Below, one piece after another: positions 1 to 51,557 of a DNA stretch of 64,000 nucleotides. The notes under the pieces were generated by a model. It was not told where the DNA came from. It saw nothing but the letters and a program-made list of their open reading frames with translations, and ran no database searches. The stretch's first letter is position 1, and every line of letters starts with the position of its first letter. The position numbers were made by a program, and so were the translations under genes. The DNA is from Styela clava (lineage: Eukaryota): NCBI RefSeq assembly GCF_964204865.1, contig NC_135250.1:4898001-4962000 (forward strand), in the 5' to 3' direction.

Positions 1-266
1 ATCAAAGGCCGTACCACGGTCTCTCGTCCTGTCCATGTCGGGTATGATATTAGTTAGCCAGTTATTTGTTTTCAGATATTTCGACTTGATGGTCGGTTGC
101 ATCATTTCAGTTAATATGTTGTATGACACAGTCATAGTAAGAAGCCATTTTATCGAACTCATTTTTAACTACTCGAATATTTACCAAAATGGTAACTTTC
201 CCGTTTAAAAACTACAATACGGGGTAGGGCCTACTTTTCGAACAATGAGCTCTTCAACTCAAACAA

Positions 267-267
267 T

Positions 268-294
<27 letters not shown>
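267..294. repeat. (CA)n microsatellite
   Basis: Uninterrupted acacac... run. Confidence 0.95.
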
Positions 295-298
<4 letters not shown>

Positions 299-349
299 GG
301 CCCACTAGTCTTGCTTTATGATCGGCGAATGATTATTTATATTTTACAG

Positions 350-1891
350 TTCTTCAATCTATCGATCCTCAACTAAGTGAGACAGCAGCTACTTCTTCAC
401 AGATGGAAACCACTCATGCTGAAATGACAACAGAAAAATCAACTACTGGTATAATATATATGTTTACTTCATATATATTTAGGTGCTGGCAGTCCATCAA
501 GAATTGAATTGGATTTTGTGTACATTATATGTTTGTGCATTTTTCTAGTTTAAGAAGGCACCCGTCGACCTCCGTTTTTTTTTTTTGTTAAAGAAATCAG
601 AAGGCTAAAAAAATTCAAATAGAAAAATAGAATGAACAATATTTTACCCTATCAATTTCGGGTCGAGGGTCCTTATCCTGTAAACACATTAGTTATATTT
701 AATTTTTGCGGAAAGCGCCCATCCGAAAAAAACACCTTCAACCACTGCCAAAACAAGTGCTAAAACTCAAAATGTCTTGGCATGTTTTTCTAAAATCTCA
801 CACTTTTGGTAAATCCCCTTCTTGGCGTCAGGAATTTATTCAGTCAAATCAATATCCCCCTCCGCTTACAGCTTCTTTTTGTCCAATCTAGTACGATTAT
901 TCGCCATACTCGTCTGACCATCAAAATAAAATAAAAATTTGTATCATATTGAATCTATTTCCCCATATATGTACAGACGACCTTAAGACATGGAATAAAT
1001 CAAGCAACAATTATTATTACAAACTATTTCGCAACCCAGTCAACTACGCGACTGCTAAAGCAAATTGTCAAAAGTTAGGAGCCGATCTTGCATCAGTGGG
1101 AGTAAGGAATGCTACCGTCCGCAGGTTAGATGCTATTTTTAAAAACATCAAGTAGACATATCACTTGGCATATGTAGTGCTTAGAATTTAAAATACATTG
1201 GGATCTCAAATAATTATGAGAATGGAGCCGCCGTCGGATTTTTAAACTTTTCGGGTTTTGGAATCGTAGTCAAAACCCAGAATTTTCCGTAGGAATCAAT
1301 GGAAGATTGCATACGCCAAAGCTTATGTTATTAGCAAAGCATTAATAAATGTTGATTTTTCTCGAAACTAGAGTCGAAGCCGAATCGTTTTCAGACCGGA
1401 ATCGACATAAATTGTGAATTTCCGCCATATCCTTGTGGATAGTGAGTTGTAAAAATTCAATATGCAAACTACCTTATTATTTTTGAGTATAAGAGATATT
1501 TTGCAAAATTTAAACATTTCATAACATTTCTGATTTTTGAAGAGCATTTTTGAAAAGTGATGCCAAAGGATTTACTTCATTTCATCAAGGATTTTAATTG
1601 TTTGACTAAATTATTTGAATTATATATAAACATTATTGCAGCAAAATTCTTCAAATGGTGAAGTCAGGAGGAAAAAGGACTTGGGTTGGTCTTGATTACA
1701 TTGAACAAGAAGGAAGATTTGTTTGGGCTGATGGCGTGAATTCAACAAGAGAGAATACAAATTGAAATGCTGGACAACCAGACGACCATAGAAAAAACGA
1801 AGATTGTGGCGAGTTCAGTCGTTACATGAATTGGAAGTTAAATGACGTCCCATGTTCATTGTTCCAATATTATATTTGTGAAAAATCTTAA
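350..1891 (+). pseudogene. C-type lectin (CTLD, QPD motif) with Ser/Thr-rich stalk; 5' part probably upstream of window; in-frame TGA (pseudogene, nonsense allele or sequence error)
   Basis: Exons 350-448 (LQSIDPQLSETAATSSQMETTHAEMTTEKSTT), 977-1124 (KTWNKSSNNYYYKLF...NYATAKANCQKLGADLASVGVR) and 1642-1891 (RTWVGLDYIEQEGRFVWADG...N*NAGQPDD...EDCGEF...WKLNDVPC...YYICEKS*). All have AG/GT boundaries and matching phases. TGA at 1763-1765. Confidence 0.8.
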
Positions 1892-4060
1892 ATGGGATCA
1901 GTGAATGAGATTCCAATTAAAGATTTGTTATAGCGTGAGGTCTACCACACCATAGCTGGAGACGTATATAGTAACGTAACTTAAGGTCAAGGGTCAAATC
2001 CGGCCCAATGGGCAACTCGATTTGGCCCGCCTGATGCTGCCACAACCAAACTAAAACAAAATTTTGATGTTTCATCTAAAAAAAACATTGTTGAGATTAA
2101 ATGTAGTTTTGGCATGAGGCTTATTGTTTTCCACCTTTGCTTTTCAAACACTGTAAATTTTTTCCATAAAATGTAACTTTTTACGTCACGTTCCATGGCC
2201 AGCCGGTTTAGGTTGCCCCTGGTCCAAAAACCTTGCCCACCCCTGAGTTAGACGATAACCAGCCTTGGAAATAATCGCAATATACCTATTCTCAAATCTA
2301 ATTGATTGTTCGCGTACGAGAACATTCCAACAAATAATAGCATTTTATTTCTATGTCAAAATATAGCTTTTTGTGTCTCAGACCTTTTTTTTTATAAAAT
2401 ATATAAGATTCATAATGACATAGAATTTGTTCCGTTTTCAAACGCCATCTTGCGCAGTAATACCACAGACCTGGCTAAGATGCGTAAACATTAGCACTGA
2501 AAGGCTCGAAAGTTGAAATAACAGAATTTATCAAAATCAAGCCCAATATCAACCTGATATCATTGGTCTCTTATATTTAACACCATTTTTCAACAAATCA
2601 TAGCAAGGTTTAAATCAATTCGTATCACAATTCACAATGCTGGATTGCAACTTGTCGAAATGGCGTTTCAGTTACATTTAGAAAGATTGACACATAATTT
2701 GTTGAAAGTTTTATATTCATAATTTTATGCTATATACACAATATTTAATCCCATTTATATTCATGTTTGTTACTTCATCACATTTTTGTAATTATTTTGT
2801 ATATATTTGTTCTGTATTGCAGGTTTGATATATAAACTTATGCTTTTCATTTCTCTTGCTTATTTTTTGATTCCATATTTAATCAAATATATGCGTATAT
2901 ATAACAATAATCTATAAGTCTATACATAACTACTTTATATTTTACATTTCAAAGTGGAATACTATTTGTATTCTGAATAAATAAACATTACTGGAATATG
3001 GAAATAAATTTGTTTTGTATATAAGAGAGAAGCATGTGAAGCATGTCGAAAATCAATCAATAAATCAATTAAATCAGGGATTTCACAAAAACGAGCACAG
3101 TTAAAGAAAGAACGAGAATAAATTTATGCATTTTTCAGAATGGACAGGACAACAGTGATTTTATTGGTCTACTTGTCAGTAGGGCTGGCTATTTTAGAAT
3201 TTAAGAATCGAATCGAATATTGTTTTCTAATCAAATCGAATCTCGCATACTTGGGAAATATGTAATTGTGTGAGACTTTTTTATTTCAATTGGTACTCCA
3301 GACACATAAATTACTGAAAACTTAGAATCCATCACTGAAACAGTTCGCTACGTTTTTACATACAAAAAAAACATGATTTACCAATAACTCTCTATTAAAT
3401 AAAGAAACAAAATGCATTGTAAAAGTATGGCTCTAATAAAAAAAAATTCGGGGAATTCATCTCAACTTTGGCGGCCGAAAAAACAATTCGAAATGGTCGT
3501 CCGAACCAATTCGAATAATTTACTAATCATACATATGGTACTGTTGTACATATGGCAAATATTGAAATCTAGTTCAAAAATATTTGTCTAGTCAAACAAA
3601 ATGCAAAAATCCTCAATTGTCTAAATTCAATAACAAAGAAATGCAAAATCAATTCTCACGAAAATGATTAAAATGCAAATATTTAATCCATGATTAGATA
3701 GATTTGTCTAATAATTCATTACAATCCAAATTTTTCAGTGAGTTATAAACGAGATACATATGCAAAAACCCTTCCTTCCTTCCTGAATTCAATAAAGATA
3801 TAAATAATAATTGAGAAACGAAAAAAACTCAAAAATAAATTTGCATGAAAATGCAAATACTGAATTCCTGATTTTGTCTAATAACGAAGAACATGAAATG
3901 ACATTGAAAAAAAAAACACTTAAATCGGCATAAAATCTTGGCCCAACCCTAACCTAACACGCTATGTTCCGGTGTCCGCAATCTTGGTTTACATACAACG
4001 GGAGTACCAAAAAATCAGCCAATCACAAAAGAAATGAGAATAACAACAGAATCAAGTATT

Positions 4061-6670
4061 TTAAGCACGTGCCTCGCATATATATTTCATGTCTCTGTTG
4101 CACGCTAGATCGTTCAAATGCCATTTATTCTCAGGCCAAAAATGTACACAGTCTTCGTCACCTCCCAAATTATTTGGCTCTCCTTCATGCCAATCCGTAT
4201 TAATTGGAGTTGAAATCACGTCATCACCCCAGATGAATTTACCTTCAAATTTGCTTAAACCAATCCAAGTAGAATCGTTGCCAGCTTTGATCAATGGCAT
4301 TATTTCTCTGCATCAAAAAAACAACAGATTAACATAGTTAACTTATTTCCGTACATATACGGATCCACCGACGAGGTAGAGCAGGTAAGGGAAAGTAGAT
4401 ATTTTTGCTTGTGTTCAATGTTGCTTTCTCATCTACACCCTCCTGATAAGCTTCATTGCGCGATGTTCTAAGTCAATAGTTAATTAAACATTTTTGTATT
4501 TTCCCCAAAAAAAATAATGTATGACTCAAAACTTCGTCTGCTGCGCATCTGATGGATAATAATGGTAACTAAAACTCACAATGCTTATCTCACACAAATG
4601 TTACGAATAAATGAAGTCGAAAACATCTTTTGACTCCAGAAAATACGCACTTGCACAAAGGCATAAAGCAAGAAAAGCTAATTAGACTCCCGTAAACCCA
4701 ACTGATAGTTTGAAAATATTCAAGTTTAAATTTTTCAATCACCTGCGGATGGTAGAGTCTCTAACTCCAGCAGATGCCAGATCCGCTCCTCGTTTCTGGC
4801 AGTTTGATTTTGCTGTTGCGTAATTGACTTGATCGTTGAATAGTTTGTAGTAGAAACCGTTGCTTGCTCGATACCAGGTTTTGAGTTCTGTTTAAAATAT
4901 GAAAAAAGAACTATGATATGTAGATGTTTCTTTTATTGATATTACAAATTATTCGTCTTAGCGTTGAGCGTAGCGTACTAAGATTGAGAAAACGCCGTTG
5001 CATCACTATTAGCCCTATACGGTTTCGCAGGTTCGAATCCCGTGAGTATAATTCTGTGCGAGAAGAGTTAAACTCAACTTATGCATGTGCAGATTTTATG
5101 GTAATACAGTTGGTTTGCGCGTAATGTTTTATTTACATCGTCTAATATTTGTAAAACTTCCTTACTAAACTGTAGGCTAGATAGCCTCCCAAAGTGTGTT
5201 TAGCGCTGCGAGGGGTTAAAGCGTCAGACTTGACTGTGTCGCATGTTACACATCTTGGGTTCAATTTACATATTATAGCAATTGTGTATTCAATTGTTTC
5301 TATACGTCATACGCTCTTCGCTTGTGATAATAAATTTATAACATTTTCATGATTCGATTTCTTGGTAAAATATATTGAAAACAGTCTCAGAATTAGTTCG
5401 ATTCAAAATGAGATAAATAGTTCACCTTTTGCTTTGACACTTTTTCTCAGTTGTCCCAGAACGTCTATACATAAAGGTAGAAGTTTGAAGTTTGAAGACA
5501 TATTCACCAAAGTGTTTTAATGAAAAAGTTGAACAATCAAAAATATATGTGTTTTTCAAGTTCTCAAAATATTTTTTTTCGAGTTTCGCAATATTGGGTT
5601 GAAACTGTTGTAAATATTTAATCACTGTATGTTATGATAATCAAATTTTCACTTATATATAGAAAGAAGTCTTTATTTATTGTAATACCCCGTTTCTTGA
5701 ACGTTCAACATGAAGGTGCAGAAGTGTGACCAGGGAAGGGCCATAGGTGTAGCGTCATCGGGCATAACGTTGGAGGGGTCAGTTTGTTGAATAGTTTGAT
5801 GATTAAATTAATAATTCATACATTCCCATTCACTTGACCATACCCATGTATAACAACTATATATATACCTTATTTTTCCCCCGACATATTTTCAAATTTA
5901 GGTATAAGAGGCATCAATATTAAAAATTCGGCATGCCCCTAGTTCCTGGAATAAAAATATTCGCAACCTTTTTAATTTAACACCGCCACTCATAATGATC
6001 AAAATCTAATTGAAATACAAAATTAACTTCAGCACTGGGATTGTTACAGTCTCCAACTGAAACCCAGCGTCCATTCTCCCATTTTGTATAACAATGACCA
6101 CCTGAACATAAATGCGCACAATACGTATTTAGATTTGAAATGGCCCAGAAAATTCCCAATTTTTATACGGTGCATTCACTGCTCCGAACAAGGTAATCCC
6201 GTAGTGTATGTACCGGGTTAGGGTTAGCCCATAATTTTATTCCGATTTTTCTTGTTTTAGTTTCATTACGAGTTTGGGACTACCTATGTTAGCCAAGTGA
6301 ATATACCCCCTGCCCATGGGTTTCATTCCCTTTGTACAACTTGAAGAAAAGTAGGCAAATAAAATTAGTTATCTCCATATTGGTACACATACCTCTGGAG
6401 CGCCACGAATGACGGGTAAAGACAGTAATATATCTGGTTTGCCATAGAGTTCCCACTTTATTACGCACTGGGTGGGTGAGGTGGGGATCTGCGATGCCAA
6501 CATAGTTGAATCTAACGCTTAACCGGTAGGTCATCACGCCCACTCGTGCTTACTTATCACAATAATATGAAAAAAATATATATATATCTAAAAATTGAAA
6601 AATTACCTCCTGCAGCCAACGAAGTATTGATGATGAAAAGGCAAAGCGTTTCTATAATGTAGAGATTCAT
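4061..6670 (-). CDS. Secreted C-type lectin (CTLD, EPN motif)
   Basis: Signal-peptide exon 6670-6607 (MNLYIIETLCLFIINTSLAAG), exon 6101-6028 (GHCYTKWENGRWVSVGDC), small exon 5464-5426, CTLD exons 4887-4743 (KTWYRASNGFYYKLF...CQKRGADLASAGVR) and 4307-4061 (WIGL...WHEGEPNN...EDCV...WHLNDLAC...KYICE). Middle exons are uncertain. Confidence 0.8.
6192..6404 (+). mobile_element. Merlin-like MITE family A (~213 bp)
   Basis: GGTA.TCCCGTAGT...GGTTAGGGTTAG...GGAGCGCC with imperfect ~24-bp TIRs; in lectin intron. Confidence 0.8.
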
Positions 6671-7274
6671 TTTCTCAATAACTTTTCAATCTAATTTACT
6701 TCTGTAAGTAGCGTTTCAACGCCCAAATCGAAGTAAAGCCGACACTGCAATGAAAGCGGGTATTGATAGAAATTAATTTGAGTCACATAAGCATATTTTT
6801 ACAATATCTATGTAAATTGATTTTATTTTTCTTATTCTGGTAAAGCGTAACACAGTCGATACCTGCCTGAAGTTTTCCTCTGATGAGAGTCGTGGAAAGC
6901 TACACCGCTTGTGAACACTGTCACAAGCAGACTGTATGAATTCATCCCCAATTTGTGTATATATAACGGAAGTATAGATCAGGAATAATATTTTTAGATA
7001 GTATATATACTGTTCATGTTCAGATCATGCTAAATAAAAACTTACTACATTTACACGGAAATCATTACAATCAGTAAACCATTGTTGTTTTGTTATCACG
7101 AGTCACAATGAGTAAAGCTGGCATATTGGCTGGGTAGGAACCGAATATCCGCCATGTTTGATACACGTGTAGTAAAGGGGTTTATCACGAAATGGAAATT
7201 GACTGAAACACATTCCAATATACCGGTACGTACTTTTTTGAGTAACGATGAACTAGTTCGTGTGGAGTTCAATT

Positions 7275-7384
7275 GGACCTCCTGAAGTATGCGCACCAAG
7301 ATGGCGCACAACCTGAACTTAGGTTGTGTACCAGGTTATGGTTCAGGTTATGCGACATCTTGGTGCGCATACTTCAGGAGTACC
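7275..7384. mobile_element. Merlin-like palindromic MITE family B (~110 bp)
   Basis: Near-perfect foldback with CAAGATGGCG-type motif in the arms; TSD gttcaatt/gtttaatt. Confidence 0.85.
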
Positions 7385-8393
7385 GTTTAATTAAATTCGA
7401 AAACAACAGACATACGCAAGTTAGATTTTTGGGTAATTTTTGCATTTCTATTCCATTAGCAATGATTATATTATGAAAAATCTGATGCTAGGGTTTACCA
7501 GGGTTTACCAAAACGGAAAAAGTGCTCGTTTCCTGAAACTTAATGATTTAATGACGTAAATTGTGCAGTGATCGTTTGAATTTTTTTTAACAAATAATTA
7601 TCACGCGACGGGCTGTAACGAATTGAAATAAAGTTAAAATAGTGCTTATGTCAATTTCTCATTGTTGAATTAGGCGATGATCACACACTAGGAAGTTAGA
7701 AATAGCGTCAGCATTCCCGAGTGTTTGGATCATCTTGTTGTTTTATAATTACTGTTTAACAAACATAAACTCGAAATTATATGGGTACTTGTTTTTAATG
7801 AACTATTGTACTACGATATAACAGAAAACATCCAACAATTACCTGTTTATACGCAAATAATTCACTCCAGACCCTGCTCTGTAAAGCCATTTATTTCATT
7901 TCTCCCAAAGGTAAACTTAACTCTGGTAGCGAACACCAGCGTTAGGAAATGTACACTTTAACATGCTTTCATTTCCATTTATTTCGCAAACCTCTCTAAT
8001 AGATAAAAACTATATGCAATATTATGATCTCGAAAATTTTGCGAACTATAAATTCTGCTAACTTATTCGATAAGAAGTTCAAAATAACACACTTGCATTC
8101 AAATATTAGCTAAAATAAAATTAAACTCTATTAATAATAATCTCTATGTATTACCAAATAAATATAAACAACATGTTAATCTGTTATTCGGTGAAAATGC
8201 GTCTTCAATTTATGTACCTCCGTGTTCGATAGGTAGATAGATGGCTACACTAAATGGTGGCATTAGATTTCTTGTAAATGCCGTTTAGACACATCATGCC
8301 AGGACAGTTTTTTCATGCCATCATCACTTCATGCCAAAAGGTGCTTTCACCATTGCGAGTGGATGGAAAACAGTTATAAACATTGTCATGGTG

Positions 8394-8600
8394 CATGTCC
8401 GGAAAATTCTCCGTAGGAAATTTCGCTATAGGAAATCTAACCGTGTAGGAAAAATCGCCGCATGAAAAATCACCGCATAAGCATTTTGCTGTAAATGCTC
8501 TTGCGACGATTTTTCATGCGGCGATTTTTCCTATGCGGCAAAATTTCCTGCGGCGAGATTCCCTAGGGCGAAACTTTCTGCGGCGAATTTTCTTAGAATC
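8394..8600. mobile_element. Foldback MULE-like MITE built of ~15-bp subrepeats
   Basis: Inverted arrays of GGAAAAATCGCCGCA-like units; 9-bp direct repeat gtcatggtg at 8385-8393 and 8601-8609. Confidence 0.7.
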
Positions 8601-8729
8601 GTCATGGTGCACCTCGCGGGTTCATACTCCTAGTGACAAGGTCTCCATTGATCATCTCTCCGAGACGGTATTTATGTCAACCAGATGACATAAATATCGT
8701 ATCTTCAGTTTTTGTATTCTTTTCTTTTT

Positions 8730-46991
<38,262 letters not shown>

Positions 46992-48674
46992 TATTTTTTC
47001 GTCTTTACACTCGAACTATAAACATTGGTATAAAACTATATTCTAAAACTTCTGAATATAAAAAATAATATTTATTACTAAATGTCGCACGTTCGTAACA
47101 GGTATTATCGAAGTATCCTATGGGATGCCCGGAGAAAGCCGCCATGTCTATTCTGAGCCACCAATGGACCATGCGATAAATAGTGTAGGGTAGACTTTGC
47201 CGAATCAAAAGCATAATGGCGGTCCATCGGTGTCACAAGTACATGTATCAGAAACAAATAACCGGCTGGCGACGTGGACTGGTAACCAGACGAGAGTCTG
47301 TGGTACGCTATATCTCCTCAATCGGGAGAAATATGAAAATCCTATCCTACGGAACTATATGGAAAGTAATGTGCAACGTCGCTTTATTTGATGCACCAAG
47401 TATATGCTATTGTGTATTGGGTGCATTTCATGCTGATATCATTGTTGTTACATTTCCTGCCACACATTAACATTATCCTCGTGAATACTGGAATTTTTTA
47501 CGAATTCAAATTTCACTAGTGATATAGTTTAAGAAGTTACTAATTTTACTATCATAAACGTTAACGTCTATATAAATACGCTTTACCAACAAAACCATTT
47601 CTGGTATTCTAACCAAACGATCTCAATACCCTCATTTTTTTAGGGCAGTGGTTCTCAACTCCTTTTCTTTCGTGGCCTACTTTAACTTTTTCATGCAAGA
47701 GCTAAACTGCAAGAAAGACAAAAAATTCTTTCCCCAAAGCTAGACACTCTGGCCATTTTTAATATGCCCACCTGAAAATTCTAAAGCTGCCTCTAATCCC
47801 TCCAAACTCTCTGCTTTTTTGGAGCGTTGCTCAGAACAAACTGACAGAACCAGACATCATATTTTTGCGTTCCGCAAATGAAATGATTGATGAGCTTGTT
47901 AAAGAAAGCGAGACTCCGCTCATCCGAAAAGAAACGCATCGGAACTTCGTTATACCTAACTTCCGTCATGATTCTTTCATTCGTGTACAAATTGAAGAAA
48001 ACTCTGAACCTATTCATAAGTTCATTATTCGCAAGGAAGGAAGCAATCAGGAAACTTTTAACTCTGATGAGCTCTGCCGAAATAATAAACCAAGTTACAT
48101 TATCATCTTGATCGTTGAAATTTATGGAATCCCTTTGTAGGTGTGATCTGTGGACAGAAAGCGCATTTACGGCCCGGCTCAAAGTGTACGCTTACATTGG
48201 TGGGAAATACGAATATGTTGCAACAACATGATTAACTATGAGTTGTCATAACCTGTCTTTCCCGGAAATTTAATCAATTCGAAATTCCGGTTGAAAAATT
48301 AAAAGCTCTGAATAAAATTTGCATAAAGAGTAGGCCCAAGACAGTCATGGAAAAGCCAGTCATTCGGGTGGAGATACGGCACATGCTAAAATGAAAGATT
48401 TTGACTAAAACGGGAATGTATATGTTGAACTGTGCGTGTACGGTTGGGTCTGTTATTTTTTAATTTAAGTTTAGTCTTTAAAAAAGTATCACCGCACACA
48501 AATCCGATCATGAATACCAAATAAAATAGTAGAGTACAAGACATCCGACTACTGTTATTAGTAGGCCTATTACGCAAACGTAAAAATACTAATTTTATAA
48601 CTAGTTATAAAAAAATAGCGTTTTGTTTAAAAATTTCAATCTTCGCCTCATAAACATTTCAGCAAACGAAAGAA

Positions 48675-48884
48675 GGTACTCCTGTAGTATATGTACCAGG
48701 TTAGGGTTAGGCCATAGTTTTATTCCGATTTTCCTTATTTTAGCTCAATTACGAGTTCGGGGACTGTCTGTGTTAGCTAAGTAAACATACTCATAGGTTC
48801 CAGTCCCTTTACACAACTTGATGTAAAATAGGCAAACAAAATTAGTTACCTCCATATTGTTGTTACATACACTTCTGGAGCGCC
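48675..48884 (+). mobile_element. Merlin-like MITE family A
   Basis: Full copy; TSD cgaaagaa/cgatagaa. Confidence 0.85.
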
Positions 48885-51557
48885 CGATAGAATGCTTCTT
48901 CAAATTTGGCACAAAAGCACTCCACTAAAACCGCGGTGTACAGATTACGGCGGCCGATTTCTCGAGGGATAACATTACCTTTAGCATTTGGGAATTGTCC
49001 TACTCTATTCTCAATATAACAGCGTGTGAAAGTCTTCCTTTTTTATATTACAGCTAACAGATCGACACTGCAATTCTAGAGAATTCGAAGGCAACGGAAG
49101 GTAATAAATCGAACATTTCTGACTTTCTGACCAAGTTTTATAATATATGTATGCGTTGAAATATATAGTGTGTTTTTATTTCTTTCTCTCTTCTTGTCCC
49201 TCTATTTTTCTCATTTTCATTAAATGTTATCTAAAGTAAAATTCCTCATGTGTATATATTCATAAGTGTTATTGTTTTACTTGCGGTTACCAAAGTAAAC
49301 ATAATTTACCTTCTTTATTTGATCACACATTTCAAACACAATGTCTCCTTCAATTTGCCTGGACGTCTTCCATACAAAAAAACGAAATAATCAATGGATA
49401 CCTGTAGTTAAACCAATGCAAATGCTAGGAAATAAAATTTCTGAACGTTGTACAATTACCGAAAGTGATGCAACTAATATTAAAATTATTATTCGTTAAA
49501 AAAGAAAACGTGTGATGCACTGTATACAAAAATATCAACTGCACGTTTCCATCGCGATTTGATTGAATAGACGTCTCGGCATTCCTTTCTAGCGTTTTGT
49601 ATCGAGGTTACGTGTAACGTTCGTGTGGATACATATCTTATATCATAGGAATTATGCCTGCGTGTTATTTCTACTGTACTATTTAACGTAGTTTAGTAAA
49701 GGAATCCCCAACTGACTTCTTCATAGATGAAATAAGAACACAATGACGTGTAGTGCCAAATATTCGTATATATATTGTAAATTGCACAATCGCATTGGTC
49801 CAAATAACAGATAACGAAATATACTTGAAACCTTCAAACAAGTATATGTGATGAAACCAAGTTTCTAACCAACAAAGAACGAAAAAACAAGGACGAGCAA
49901 ACTTGAGGGTGGGAAATACGTCGTCAACTTTTCTCGCATAAAACGTTGCTTGGAAATAATGATGAAGGAAATTGAGTCGGACGGCGACATTGTTTCAGGC
50001 AAAAACATGCACTATTAACAACAAGTGGTTAACTACATAGAAATCCGCATTAATCATCCTTGAGTACTTGCTACAATATCATTCTTGCAAAGTGAAAAAC
50101 TGGTTAGAAATTTTTTGAAGTAAAAGACTATGCAATGGTTAAAATAATGTTTGCTATAATGCAGAAGTCCATTTCCTCTCTGATTAACTACTTTGACCAT
50201 TATTTTCTGAAAATGAACAATCGTAGCCTCTTTGGAATTGCAGACCACGAGAATTGAATTAGTAGTAATTAAAATTAGTAAATTAGTTCATTGACCTGTC
50301 GGGATGTTTTACACATGATGTGACAGGCACATTTAAAAATGCGTTAAATTTAATATTTGTAAGTATTTCTATTAATTTTACCCATTGTAAATAATAAAGC
50401 AAATCGGAATCTGTATCACGCCGGGCAACTGAGGTATGATTTAGTTTCAGCATAAGTTTGGCGTACAGTTAAAACGTAGATCAGTACCAATATCATTACC
50501 CAGCGATCACATTAATATTGCCGGTATTTTACAAAGTAATCAATAAAAATCCAATTCACAGGCATATAAAATGATTTTATAATAATATTAGTAATAAATT
50601 AATAAAATTAAATATTAATATTTGTTTCATCACACGGTCTAACACATTTACTGAACGAAAGGTTGATATTTCACGTAAGACGCGGGATGGGCTTTCCACG
50701 GCTGAGTTAAGAATCGATCAACCAATCATTTTTTAAAACCCATTCAAAGTGATCTAACATTTTAATACGGCGGATGATATATACTCAGTGACTAATATAT
50801 TTAACATTTAAGCTATTATGTTTGGCTTGGCATTTTTTGAGAAGTCCTAATGATTGAATTACGCTATTCTTTCAAACTTTTAACGCTTCTAGAAGCCATA
50901 CCAATTGAATTGGAGATTCCAAAAGTTTTTAATAAAGATTGAAAAATGGTATCATACCCAAAATGCAATAAATGAGTGGATTAATTTTTTCGAAATCAAG
51001 GAATATTTAGGCTAAATGGTTGCTGTTCATTAAGGATTACAACTAGAACTGTACAGTCGGAGTTTGGCATGTTTAGGCTACTGGAGCCGAACTTGGAAAT
51101 GGAATTGGGCTAAAACGAATACCCGAGTGCCCGGGGAATAGAATTCGTCACATTAGAATGAATTAGTCGTTGACATTGGAATTTTTCGTGATAGGCACTA
51201 GCCAGTTCACTCTGTAAAACCACACATACCATAAACGAGCAATTGGTAAACGAGTAAATGCCTGACTCCGACTCTGAAGTCATTCAGCGATGAATTTTTC
51301 GAAAACAAATTGAAACATTTGTTTTGATTGCAGTTGCCAGTGACATATTGCGACTGCGGAATATCGATTGGGAGAGGTACTTACCGTAAAAACACTTCTA
51401 CCACACAGATGCGTATCGTCTGTATCGAGCTTACTGTGTAGGGGAGTTTTCGGTCACCTTCGAGGGCTACCCGATGAAATTTAGCTATGGCACAGTTAAA
51501 AAAGTCACCTCACATTTTCCCCTCGCCAATACAAGTCATTAATTTCATATATATATA

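Noticed and set aside
1763-1765. TGA as selenocysteine or alternative genetic code
   Set aside because: The position is a conserved Trp, not Cys; no SECIS recognised; TGA is used as the ferlin stop and TGG encodes Trp elsewhere.
6215-6228. GGTTAGGGTTAG as interstitial telomere
   Set aside because: Only ~2 units and almost always inside the MITE families.
47793-48182. 129-aa minus-strand ORF as the missing ferlin C2A
   Set aside because: No C2 features; it reads like the antisense shadow of the plus-strand frame.
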